From Acidimicrobiales bacterium (GTDB lineage Bacteria > Actinomycetota > Acidimicrobiia > Acidimicrobiales > RAAP-2): 64,000 bases of DNA. A program made the position numbers and the translations under genes. This document shows positions 47,599 to 56,541 of the stretch, one piece after another; the first letter of the stretch is position 1; every line of letters starts with the position of its first letter. Below the pieces are notes generated by a model that saw only the letters and a list, made by a program, of their open reading frames with translations, did not search any database and was not told the origin of the DNA. The stretch is from NCBI GenBank assembly GCA_035534455.1, contig DATLRV010000022.1, forward strand, positions 12,950 to 76,949. The letters run 5' to 3'.

Positions 47599-48159
47599 AT
47601 GCCAGTGCGCCCATTCCAGGTCGAGCCCACCGAGATCAGCGGTCTGAACGTGATCGAGATGAAGCAGGTTTCCGACGAGCGCGGCACCGTACGGGAGCTC
47701 TTCCGATCGAGCGACATGGAGGATGCAGGATTCGCGCTCGCGCGATGGGCGCAGGTCAACGTGACGGCTTCTCGACAAGGGGTCGTCCGAGGGCTCCACG
47801 GCGAGGAGATGACGAAGCTCGTCACGGTGGTGGCGGGCAGCGCCTTGGGCGCCTATCTCGACGCACGCCGAGGTTCGGAGACCTTCGGCCGCACCGTGAC
47901 CGTCGATCTGCGGCCGGGACGAGCCGTCCTCCTCGCGCCCGGCATCTGCAACGGCTTCCAGGCCACGGCGGATGGTTGGACCGAGTACTTCTACTGCTTC
48001 GACCGGGAGTGGCAGCCGGGCATGGAGGGAGTCGCGGTCAACGCCTTCGATCCCGCGCTCGGGATCCCCTGGCCGCTTGCGATCGACGGGTCCGATCGGT
48101 CCTTGCTCAGCGAGAAAGACGCGGCGCTGCCGATGTTGGCCGACATCGTCACCGCGTAG
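47599..48159 (+). CDS. rmlC: dTDP-4-dehydrorhamnose 3,5-epimerase
   Basis: SDERGTVRELF...RGLHGE...PGICNGFQA cupin motifs. 186 aa from ATG 47599. Confidence 0.85.
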   Translation: MPVRPFQVEPTEISGLNVIEMKQVSDERGTVRELFRSSDMEDAGFALARWAQVNVTASRQGVVRGLHGEEMTKLVTVVAGSALGAYLDARRGSETFGRTVTVDLRPGRAVLLAPGICNGFQATADGWTEYFYCFDREWQPGMEGVAVNAFDPALGIPWPLAIDGSDRSLLSEKDAALPMLADIVTA

Positions 48160-48600
48160 GGCGCGGGAGCTCGCCGCGGTCCGCGCGGGACGCGGCGCCT
48201 CTGTGTGCGGGCAGTGGCAGCGCCCCGGGCACCTCGCTCGGTGTCGTGAACCAGCCTGGATCGGCTGGCCCGAGGAGGAGGTGCTGATAGGTGGCGGCGG
48301 CTGTTGTGAGGGCAAGCCTCCGAGTGTTGTGTCCGGTTGGACGCCGTCGTCGGGGATCTGCCATCCGTGGGCGTTCATGTGGGCGAGGACGTCGTGCTGG
48401 AGCAGCGTCGCGAGGTGCCTGCTCTCGCCGGCGAAGGACCGTGCGGGGTCGCAGGCCGTGATGCTCCCAGGCATTGTCGGCGCAGGCGTCGCGTGCGGCC
48501 ACGTCCGCTCGCACCCCCGCCACCGAGAGCGCTCCGCTTGTCAGGTCCCGTACGCCCCCGCGCGCATGGTGGCGATCGGCGCGTCGTGTCGGCGTATCGT

Positions 48601-50556
48601 CTAGCGCGACGGGGGTCGCCCGCGCTCGTGCGCGGAGGCGCGGTCTCTGTTTGCCCCGGTCGCGCCCTTGCCTGTCGCACCCTTGCCGCCCGCGCCGTTC
48701 CCGCCCGTGGACTTGGAGCCCGTCGACGGGGGCGGCGACTCGAGCGCGTGGACGAGGAGCGATGCGTAGAACTGCGCACCCTGCGGGTCGAGGTGGACCC
48801 CGTCGGGATAGAAGTACTGCGGCGTGGAGGCGGAGATGTCGTACCAGTCGACCATCGTGGTGTCGGGGTAGGTGCGCGCGACGGTCGCAATGTTCTGGTT
48901 CACCGCCTCCTCCCAGGGGCGAGTCTCGCGGGTGTTCACGAGCACGATGTGGCGCATCGGTCCGAGGGAACGCAGCAGCGCCTCGAGCTGTGTGGCGCTG
49001 TAGTACCCGTTCGTGCCGAGCTCCAAGATGAGCTCGTTGCCCACGTCACCTTGCGACTCGAGCTGCGGCACCTCCGACTGGATCTGGTAGAGCTGCTGTC
49101 CCACCTGGGCGTCGATCTTCGCGTTGGGCAGGAGCTGCTGGATGTAGGGCGCGGCGTCGACCATGATCGAGTCGCCGATCACCGTCACTCCTGTCCCCGC
49201 CGGGAGCGTCGTCGTCGTGGTCGTGGCCGTCCCCTGACCGGGAGGGTCGTGGGGGAGCGTGTCGGTCGTCGCAGGCTGGACGTAGTGGCGACGAGGCAGG
49301 ATTGTGCCCGACGCCTCCGGGACCCGAGGCGCTCCCGTGATCACGCCTGAGAGCCCGAGTGCGCAGATCAGGCCTGCGACGAGCACCGCACCGGTCGCCG
49401 CCCAGCCCTGGGTCCCGGGGACGAGTCCGCCCCACTCCTTGGCGCGCCACCTGTCCCGGAGCGCATGCCAATGACGCCCGAGCGCACCGTGGCGGACGGG
49501 CTGCTCGACGAACCGCCACGACAGTGCCGCTGCGCCGACGATGCCGGCCACCTGGAGGGCGTCACGCAGCAGGTTCTCCTTGGACCCTTGGGGAGTGGTC
49601 AGGACGATGACCGGCAGCGACCACAGGTAGATGCCGTAGGAACGCTCGCCGATCCAACGCAACGGACCGACCCCGAGGACGCGGGCGACCCTGGCACCGG
49701 GGTGGATGCACACGGCGATGAGGACGGCGCTGAGCACGGACAACAGCGCCATCCCGCCCCGGTACACGAAGGGGTCGTACTGGCTGGTCTGCCAGTAGAG
49801 GACGACGATGCCGACGAGTGCCACTCCTCCGGTGACCTCGAGGAGGGTGCGAGCCCTCGCGGTGATCGGCGCGAACCGCTGGCTGCGCGGCCATACGAGC
49901 GCGAGCGCGGCGCCGACGAGCAGTTCGAAGGCCCGCGTGTCGGTGCCGTCGTACACGCGCGTCGGGTCGGCGTACGGCGAGAAGAGGAGCGCCATGTCGA
50001 TGGCGGAGCCCGCCGCCAGCACGAGGCAGCCCACCACGAGCGCCCGGCGGTCGCGCACCCAGCGCAGGGCGGCGAGGACGGCGAACGGCCAGAACAGGTA
50101 GAACTGCTCTTCGATCGCCAGTGACCATAGGTGGCCGAGGGGGGAGGGGGGGCCGTATTCGGCGAAGTACGAGACGTGGTGGAAGATGTACCACCAGTTG
50201 CTGTAGTAGAAGACCGCCGGCAGGACGTCCCCGCGGAGCGCGGGGAGCTGCGACCGGTCGAGCAGGGTCGCCCAGGCCACGGTTACGAGCAGCACCACGA
50301 ACAGCGCGGGGAGCAGCCTGCGGGCCCGTCGCACCCAGAACTGCCCGAAGGACTGTGCCCCGCGCTTGCGGATTGCGGCGACCAACAGGTCGGTGATCAG
50401 GTAGCCCGAGAGCACGAAGAAGACCCCGACTCCGAGGAGGCCCCCGCTCGCCCAACCGAGGCCGAGGTGATAGGCGACGACTCCCAGGACGGCGACCGCG
50501 CGGATGCCGTCCAAGCCTGCGTTGTAGGGGCTCGATCCTTCGACTGGCCGCGGCAT
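48601..50556 (-). CDS. Acyltransferase-3 (OatA-like) membrane O-acyltransferase fused to C-terminal SGNH/GDSL domain
   Basis: N-terminal LDGIRAVAVLGVVAYHL...FFVLSGYLIT, about 10 TM segments, and a C-terminal VIGDSIM...GTNG...DGVHL SGNH pattern. Confidence 0.85.
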   Translation of the reverse strand: MPRPVEGSSPYNAGLDGIRAVAVLGVVAYHLGLGWASGGLLGVGVFFVLSGYLITDLLVAAIRKRGAQSFGQFWVRRARRLLPALFVVLLVTVAWATLLDRSQLPALRGDVLPAVFYYSNWWYIFHHVSYFAEYGPPSPLGHLWSLAIEEQFYLFWPFAVLAALRWVRDRRALVVGCLVLAAGSAIDMALLFSPYADPTRVYDGTDTRAFELLVGAALALVWPRSQRFAPITARARTLLEVTGGVALVGIVVLYWQTSQYDPFVYRGGMALLSVLSAVLIAVCIHPGARVARVLGVGPLRWIGERSYGIYLWSLPVIVLTTPQGSKENLLRDALQVAGIVGAAALSWRFVEQPVRHGALGRHWHALRDRWRAKEWGGLVPGTQGWAATGAVLVAGLICALGLSGVITGAPRVPEASGTILPRRHYVQPATTDTLPHDPPGQGTATTTTTTLPAGTGVTVIGDSIMVDAAPYIQQLLPNAKIDAQVGQQLYQIQSEVPQLESQGDVGNELILELGTNGYYSATQLEALLRSLGPMRHIVLVNTRETRPWEEAVNQNIATVARTYPDTTMVDWYDISASTPQYFYPDGVHLDPQGAQFYASLLVHALESPPPSTGSKSTGGNGAGGKGATGKGATGANRDRASAHERGRPPSR

Positions 50557-50836
50557 CTGCTACCGGAGTTCCTCGTCCCTCCCGCGCGTCCGGTGACGCG
50601 AGGCGCGATTTTCGCGCGCCCTCCGATGGTGACAGGCATTGCGCGACAAGTCGAGGCACGAACTCGAATTGCGCGCGACCGGCGCTCGGGTCGACGTCGG
50701 TGAAGCCCGCGCGGTGCATCGCAGCCGGACGCGTGTGCGGTCCTGGTCACCGTGCCGTTGCACGCCCGTGGGTTGCCGGACGACGCGGGGGTGAGCGCCC
50801 CTGGGCGTAACCTCCCCACCGTGGTGACCCGGCGAC

Positions 50837-52285
50837 GTGGATGATCCGGCCCGACCGGAGTTGCAATTCCGGACGTACCGGTGGTTCGATCCCTCGCTCG
50901 TCGCCATCGCCCTGTTGGCGCTCGCCTCGGGGTTCGGGCAGTTCGGTGCGGTGGCGGCCCTCGGGGACGTGGCAAAGACGTTCGGCCACGAGATCAGTGG
51001 CGCCACCTTCGCCGACGAGGCCGGACTGTCGGGTACCGTGCTCGGCGTCGGGCTCGCCATCATCCGCGCCGCGTCCTTCCTCGGCCTTCCTCTGGCCTCG
51101 CTCGCCGACCGCTTCGGCCGCAAGCCGATGCTCGTTGCGATGTGCGCGGCGGGACTCGTGCTCACCGTCCTCACCGCGGTCAGCCCCACCTACTGGTGGT
51201 TCGTCGCGATCTTCGCGCTCGGCCGGCCGTTCCTCAGCGCAACCGTCGGGCTGACGCAGGTGAGCGCGGTCGAACTCACCACCTCGCACGAGCGGGCGAA
51301 GGCGGTCTCCCTCATGGCGGCGGGATACGCCGTCGGCGCCGGGATCGCGGCGATCGTGCACAGCCTCGCAGCGAAGACGCTCGGCTTCCGCGGGATCTTC
51401 GCCCTGGCAGTCGTGCCGCTCGTGTTCCTCCCGCTGCTCGTTCGTCGGATCGTGGAACCGGACCGCTTCGCCCGGGTCGCCGTCTCGGGGTCCGGCGCTG
51501 AGCCAGTGCTCGGACCGGTCGCCCGTCCGCACCGACGCCGTCTGCTCCTCGTCTGCGTCCTCGCCTTCGCCGTGGCCGTGATCGCCGGTCCGGCGAACAG
51601 CCTCGTCTTCATCTACGCGCAGAATTTCCTCCACATCGGCGGGATCGCCACGAGCGGGATGGTGGTCGCCGCAGGGGCGGCAGGACTGTGCGGCCTGCTG
51701 CTCGGGCGGTGGCTGTCGGACCGGTTCGGCCGCCGCCCCACGGTCGCCCTGTCGGTGGCGGGCATGGCGGTCTTCGGGACGATCGCGTACACGGGACCGG
51801 AGTGGGCACTGTTCTGCGGCTACGTCCTGGGCGTCACGTCCGGTGCGGTGTTCGCGCCGGCCGGTGGGTCGCTCGCCAACGAGCTCTTCCCGACCACGGT
51901 CCGGGCGTCGGTCGCGGGCTGGTACATCGCGGCGGGCGTCGTGGGGGCGGTCGTCGGCCTCCTCGCCTTCGGCGCCGTCGCGGACGTGCGGGGACCGTCG
52001 AACCACCACCTCGCGCTCGCGGCTGCGGTCGTGTTCCTTCCGATGGTGTTCGCGACGGCGTTCCTCGCGCTCCTGCCCGAGACGAAGGGCAGGGAACCCG
52101 AAGAGCTGTGGCCGGACCTCGAGCCCGCGTCAGCGGGCGAACGTGTGGACGCCCACCCACACCCAGCCGAGCACGACTACCACGCGCAGCCACGGCCGGT
52201 CGGCGAGCACCCCGGCGAGCAGCGCGGAGGGCCTTCCGACCCTCCCGCCGCCGATCTTCCAGGCGCGCGCGGAGCCGACCCATAG
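50837..52285 (+). CDS. MFS transporter
   Basis: About 12 TM segments and the loop motif LADRFGRKP / LSDRFGRRP. The last ~50 codons overlap a better-scoring minus-strand gene. Confidence 0.8.
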   Translation: MDDPARPELQFRTYRWFDPSLVAIALLALASGFGQFGAVAALGDVAKTFGHEISGATFADEAGLSGTVLGVGLAIIRAASFLGLPLASLADRFGRKPMLVAMCAAGLVLTVLTAVSPTYWWFVAIFALGRPFLSATVGLTQVSAVELTTSHERAKAVSLMAAGYAVGAGIAAIVHSLAAKTLGFRGIFALAVVPLVFLPLLVRRIVEPDRFARVAVSGSGAEPVLGPVARPHRRRLLLVCVLAFAVAVIAGPANSLVFIYAQNFLHIGGIATSGMVVAAGAAGLCGLLLGRWLSDRFGRRPTVALSVAGMAVFGTIAYTGPEWALFCGYVLGVTSGAVFAPAGGSLANELFPTTVRASVAGWYIAAGVVGAVVGLLAFGAVADVRGPSNHHLALAAAVVFLPMVFATAFLALLPETKGREPEELWPDLEPASAGERVDAHPHPAEHDYHAQPRPVGEHPGEQRGGPSDPPAADLPGARGADP

Positions 52286-52345
52286 GAGGGCGGAGAGGAG
52301 CGCGATCAGTGCCCACAACGCGTAGGTGACGTCTGCCCAGGTCAT
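52130..52345 (-). CDS. Small two-TM membrane protein (71 aa)
   Basis: MTWADVTYALWALIALLSALLWV...VVVVLGWVWVGVHTF. GC3 is clearly higher than in the overlapping MFS frame. The ATG overlaps the upstream stop (ATGA at 52342-52345). Confidence 0.5.
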   Translation of the reverse strand: MTWADVTYALWALIALLSALLWVGSARAWKIGGGRVGRPSALLAGVLADRPWLRVVVVLGWVWVGVHTFAR

Positions 52346-52785
52346 CGTCGCGTCAGGTGCAAACCGGCGGTCAACCAGACGAACCACACCGCAGCCTTCA
52401 CCGCACGGTCGTGGTAGAGCCCATCGAGGCCGGAGCTGATCGTGGGGTAGTCCGCCCGTGGACCGCCGTGGAAGTAGTCCGCGAGCTCCACCGCCACGAG
52501 GAGGGCGATCACGAGAGCCCACGGCAGGGCCGTCCCACCGGGCTCGGGTCGCATCGGGTCGAGGCGCCGCCACGGTCCGGCCGGGCGCACCCGTTGGAGA
52601 ACGAGGATCCCGGCGAACAGCGCCGACGGGACGGACACGGCCACGTCGGCGGGGACCGTGAACGGCCGTGCCCCCGACGCCAACCCGGCATAGACCGCGG
52701 CGAGGAGCGTCACCGCGACAACGGGTCCGTGGTGCACGGCCCTGCCGGCTGGCGGCGGGAGGTCGGCTCCCGGCCCGGTGCTCAC
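52342..52785 (-). CDS. Four-TM membrane protein (147 aa)
   Basis: Four hydrophobic segments. The GTG overlaps the EEP gene stop (GTGA at 52782-52785). Confidence 0.55.
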   Translation of the reverse strand: MSTGPGADLPPPAGRAVHHGPVVAVTLLAAVYAGLASGARPFTVPADVAVSVPSALFAGILVLQRVRPAGPWRRLDPMRPEPGGTALPWALVIALLVAVELADYFHGGPRADYPTISSGLDGLYHDRAVKAAVWFVWLTAGLHLTRR

Positions 52786-53621
52786 GCCGGCGCCTCGAGC
52801 TCGAGCGTCACGTGCACGGGACGGTGGTCGGACCCGAGTGTCTCGAGTGCCCTCCCGTCGAGGACGCGGAGTGGCCCGTGCACCAGCACGTGGTCGACCT
52901 GACTGTGTGGGCGCCACGCCGGCCACGTCTTCCCCCGGACCGCACGGTGCCAGCCGGGGAGGAGCAGCCGGACCGGAGGGCCCCACAGGTTCATGTCCCC
53001 GGCGAGGACGGCCGGGCGCCCGCCGACGCGCGCTGCGAGCTCCCGGCCGAGGCGGAGGAATTGGCGCGGCGCGCCATACGTGAGGTGCGACATGTGCGTC
53101 CCGGCCACGGTGACCGGCGCGCCCACGTCGACGGTGACCAGCAGCGCCGCCCGTCGGGCTCGGTCGCGCGAGAGGCGACCGAGGTCGACGACGTCGCATG
53201 TGGAGACGGGGAGGCGGCTCAGCAGCGCGACGCCCCACCGGCCGGGGTCCGCCTGGGTGAAACGCGCGGAGCGCACCACTGGCGCGCCGAACGGCCGCTC
53301 GCTGTCGAGGAAGATCGCGTGGCTCCGCCCGCGCCAGTCGAACGACCGCATCCAGCTCGTGTCCGCCCGGGGGTGCGGGGGGGCGAGGCGCCCGCCGGCG
53401 AGCGCATGCTCGCGGACGTCGTACCCGAGCTCGGCACCGACCCGCTCGGCGAGGCTCGGCCCGTCGTCGGGCGCCCAGTTCTCCTCGAGCACGAGGACGT
53501 CCGCGTCGATCCGCCGGCAGGCCGCGACCACGTCGTAGGGGCGGCCCCAGCCGTCCACGCCCGCGTGGAGATTGAACGTGGCGACGCTGAAGGGGGAGGG
53601 GGGCGGAGCGGGATGGTGCAC
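52782..53621 (-). CDS. Endonuclease/exonuclease/phosphatase (EEP) family protein
   Basis: VATFNLHAG...VLVLEE...GTHMSH...GDMN...SDHRPV motif series. Confidence 0.8.
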   Translation of the reverse strand: MHHPAPPPSPFSVATFNLHAGVDGWGRPYDVVAACRRIDADVLVLEENWAPDDGPSLAERVGAELGYDVREHALAGGRLAPPHPRADTSWMRSFDWRGRSHAIFLDSERPFGAPVVRSARFTQADPGRWGVALLSRLPVSTCDVVDLGRLSRDRARRAALLVTVDVGAPVTVAGTHMSHLTYGAPRQFLRLGRELAARVGGRPAVLAGDMNLWGPPVRLLLPGWHRAVRGKTWPAWRPHSQVDHVLVHGPLRVLDGRALETLGSDHRPVHVTLELEAPA

Positions 53622-53725
53622 GGGCGACCCGACGATAGGCCGCGGCGCGGGAGCGTCCGGCGCCGATGCAGCGAGGGCGGGCGTCGCACCGGGGCTCCCC
53701 CGTGCGGACGGTACGATCGGGGCGC

Positions 53726-54886
53726 GTGAGCACCACAGCCCCCGCGAGCCGCCTCGCGCCGTTCGCCACCACCATCTTCGTCGAGATGACGGCGCTCGCC
53801 GTCGCCACGGGATCGGTCAATCTCGGCCAGGGCTTCCCCGATACCGACGGCCCGGGCGAGATCGCGGAGGCCGCGATCTCGGCGATCCGAGCCGGGGAGA
53901 ATCAGTATCCGCCCGGTTCCGGCGTCCCGGCGCTCCGCGCGGCGATCGCGGCCCACCAGCGCCGCTGCTACGGGCTCGAGTACGACCCCGCCGCCGAGGT
54001 GCTCGTGACGACGGGCGCGACCGAAGGGATCGCCGCAGCGATGCTCGGGCTGTGCGAACCCGGCGACGAGGTCGTGATGTTCGAGCCCTTCTACGACTCG
54101 TACCCGGCATGCGTCGCGATGGCCGGCGCGGTGGCGAGGACGGTGACGCTCCGCGCGCCGGACTGGTCCTTCGACCCAGAGGAGCTCCGCGCGGCGGTGT
54201 CGCCCCGGACGCGCCTGCTGCTCCTCAACACCCCGCACAATCCGACCGGCAAGGTCTTCTCCATCGAGGAGCTCGGCGAGATCGCCCAGATCTGCCAGGA
54301 GCACGATCTCGCCGCGGTCACCGACGAGGTCTACGAGCACCTGGTCTACGACGGTGCACACGTCCCGCTCGCCACGCTGCCGGGCATGTACGAGCGCACG
54401 GTGTCCCTGTCGTCGGCCGGCAAGACCTTCTCGTTCACCGGCTGGAAGATCGGGTGGGCGACCGGGCCCGCGGACCTCGTCGCCAGGGTGCGCGCGGCCA
54501 AGCAGTTCCTCACGTTCGCGACCGGCACGCCCTTCCAGCACGCGATCGCCGCGGGCCTCGATGCCGGCGAACGGCTGGTTGCCCCGCTGCGGGAGTCGCT
54601 GCGCGAGCGCCGCGATCTGTTGTGCGACGGCCTGGCCGAGCTCGGGCTCAGCGTGTACCGGCCAGCGGCGACGTACTTCGCGACCACCGATGTCGCGTCG
54701 ATCGGGGAGACCGACGGGATGAAGTTCTGCCTGGAGCTCCCCGAGCGTTGCGGGGTCGCGGCGGTGCCGTCCTCGGTCTTCTACCGCGACCCCCGACGGG
54801 GGCGGACGCTCGTACGTTGGGTCTTCTGCAAGCGCCCCGATGTCCTGCACGAGGCGCTCGCCCGATTGAAGGCCGTCGTTCCCTGA
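53726..54886 (+). CDS. PLP-dependent aminotransferase, class I/II
   Basis: LGQGFPD, NTPHNPTGKVF and SSAGKTFSFTGWKIGW (PLP Lys). GTG 53726 chosen. Confidence 0.9.
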   Translation: MSTTAPASRLAPFATTIFVEMTALAVATGSVNLGQGFPDTDGPGEIAEAAISAIRAGENQYPPGSGVPALRAAIAAHQRRCYGLEYDPAAEVLVTTGATEGIAAAMLGLCEPGDEVVMFEPFYDSYPACVAMAGAVARTVTLRAPDWSFDPEELRAAVSPRTRLLLLNTPHNPTGKVFSIEELGEIAQICQEHDLAAVTDEVYEHLVYDGAHVPLATLPGMYERTVSLSSAGKTFSFTGWKIGWATGPADLVARVRAAKQFLTFATGTPFQHAIAAGLDAGERLVAPLRESLRERRDLLCDGLAELGLSVYRPAATYFATTDVASIGETDGMKFCLELPERCGVAAVPSSVFYRDPRRGRTLVRWVFCKRPDVLHEALARLKAVVP

Positions 54887-54936
54887 TCTCGCACGGCGGA
54901 CGTCCACCGGACACCCCAGGTGCCGCGCAGCGAGCG

Positions 54937-55758
54937 GTGACGGCGGCGGTGACCGGCGGCGTGCCCCTCGTGTGGGTGGACGCGTTCGGGGACGGGCCGT
55001 TCACCGGGAACCCCGCGGCGGTGTGCATGCTCGACCGCCCCGCCGACGATGCGGCGATGCAAGCGCTCGCAGCCGAGCTCGGGCTCTCCGAGACTGCGTT
55101 CGTCTGGCCCCACGACGGCGCGTTCGCCTTGCGCTGGTTCACGCCGTCGGCCGAGGTGGAACTCTGCGGCCATGCGACCGTGGCGACGGCCCATGTCCTC
55201 GCCGAAGAGGGCAGGCTAGGCGGGGGCCGCGCGCGGTTCTGGACCCGGAGCGGATGGCTGGAAGCGACCGTCGAGGCCGATCAGGTCGAGATCGACCTCC
55301 CCGCCGAGACCCCCACTCCCGTGGAGCCGCCACCCGCACTCGCCGCCCTCTGGCCGGTCGTCCGCGCTGCGACGGGACGCTTCGATCTTCTCGTCGAGCT
55401 CGACGACGAAGAGGCCGTGCGCCGCGTGGACCCCGGAGCCGTCGACCTCCGCACCCTCCCCTACCGCATCGTGACGGCGCGCGGGACGCCGCCGACGGAC
55501 TACGTGCTCCGCTTCTTCGCGCCGCGCGTCGGCGTTCCCGAGGATCCGGTGACCGGTTCCGCCCAGTGTCTGCTCGGCCCCCACTGGGCGTCCGCGCTCG
55601 GCACCTCCGAGCTCCGGGCAGTGCAGATGTCGGCGCGACGCGGATTCCTCGGCGTTCGCGTCGGCGCCGCGCGGGTGGGCGTCACGGGACGCGCCGTGAC
55701 GGTCCTGCGCGGTGCGGTCACCGGAGAAGCGGCCCGCGGACTGTCCTCTGGGGCCTGA
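54937..55758 (+). CDS. PhzF-family isomerase
   Basis: VDAFGDGPFTGNPAAV, SETAFV, LCGHATVA and EDPVTGSA motifs. Confidence 0.85.
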   Translation: MTAAVTGGVPLVWVDAFGDGPFTGNPAAVCMLDRPADDAAMQALAAELGLSETAFVWPHDGAFALRWFTPSAEVELCGHATVATAHVLAEEGRLGGGRARFWTRSGWLEATVEADQVEIDLPAETPTPVEPPPALAALWPVVRAATGRFDLLVELDDEEAVRRVDPGAVDLRTLPYRIVTARGTPPTDYVLRFFAPRVGVPEDPVTGSAQCLLGPHWASALGTSELRAVQMSARRGFLGVRVGAARVGVTGRAVTVLRGAVTGEAARGLSSGA

Positions 55759-55803
55759 GGGCCCTCCGTTCGCGCCGGCCGGCGGGCCAGGAGGGAACGC
55801 ACC

Positions 55804-55845
55804 GGTGTGCGCTCGCCGGTGTGCGCTCGCCGCGGTGCGCTCGCT
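55804..55845. repeat. 14-bp tandem repeat x3 (GGTGTGCGCTCGCC)
   Basis: Units at 55804-55817 and 55818-55831 (identical) and 55832-55845 (3 mismatches). The unit length is not a multiple of 3, which argues that the Nudix gene starts downstream. Confidence 0.85.
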
Positions 55846-55884
55846 GTGGTGACTGTGCGTGGTGGCTGTGCTATCGATGGGCTC

Positions 55885-56541
55885 GTGCCGACACCCACCG
55901 GGTTCCCCGAAGGCGTCGTGGCGCGCCTGGGTGCGCCCGCAGGACCGGAGGAGCACCTGCGCGCGATGGTCGATGCGCATCGTCCCGCAGATGCCCGCGA
56001 GCGCGCCGCGAAGAAGCGCTTCCTCGCGGAGCTGGACAGGCTCACGGCACCGTTCGACCGCGACGCCGATCCCGTGCACGTGACGGCGTCGGCGGTGGTG
56101 GCCGGCCCGAGGGGGACGGTGCTCCACCTCCACCGGCGCCTCGGCCGGTGGCTGCAACCCGGCGGCCACGTGGACGCCGGCGAGGTTCCTGCGCAGGCGG
56201 CGGTGCGCGAGACCGTCGAGGAGACTGGCCTCGAGGTGACGCACCCCGCCGGGGGACCGGTCCTGTGCCACCTCGACGTCCATCCCGCCGGAGGGCACGT
56301 CCACCTCGATCTCCGCTTCCTCCTGGTTGCGCCCGACGCGACGCCCAAGCCGTCCCCGAGGGAGAGCCCCGAGGTGCGGTGGTTCTCGTGGGACGAGGCC
56401 GCGGCCCTGGCCGACGAAGCGCTCGCCGGTGGCCTGCGGGCGGCGCGCACCGAGGTCGAGCGCCTCCGGGTCTTCGCTGCATGCGGGTCGGCGCCAGCGC
56501 CACGAGACGGCACCGGGGCGCGGGAAGCGGCACCACGATGA
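55885..56541 (+). CDS. NUDIX hydrolase
   Basis: Nudix box GGHVDAGEVPAQAAVRETVEETGL. The start is uncertain (GTG 55885 preferred over 55807 because of the 14-bp repeats). Confidence 0.8.
   Translation: MPTPTGFPEGVVARLGAPAGPEEHLRAMVDAHRPADARERAAKKRFLAELDRLTAPFDRDADPVHVTASAVVAGPRGTVLHLHRRLGRWLQPGGHVDAGEVPAQAAVRETVEETGLEVTHPAGGPVLCHLDVHPAGGHVHLDLRFLLVAPDATPKPSPRESPEVRWFSWDEAAALADEALAGGLRAARTEVERLRVFAACGSAPAPRDGTGAREAAPR

Noticed and set aside
48045-48225. Short matches to the tRNA-Val 3' half (TTCGATCCCG at 48045-48054 inside rmlC; GGCAGCGCCC at 48216-48225) as a possible attR.
   Set aside because: These are two separate 10-mers about 170 bp apart, not a contiguous att repeat. Matches of this length are expected by chance in 64 kb of GC-rich DNA. 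I mention it only as a weak pointer in the island finding.
48340-48474. About 45 codons on the minus strand with coding-like GC3 (MPGSITACDPARSFAGESRHLATLLQHDVLAHMNAHGWQIPDDGV), in the 440-bp gap between rmlC and the acyltransferase. Possibly a remnant of a cell-wall amidase-type gene.
   Set aside because: The resemblance is vague. The coding signal decays after about 45 codons and the rest of the 306-aa ORF overlaps rmlC antisense. It cannot be supported without a translated database search.
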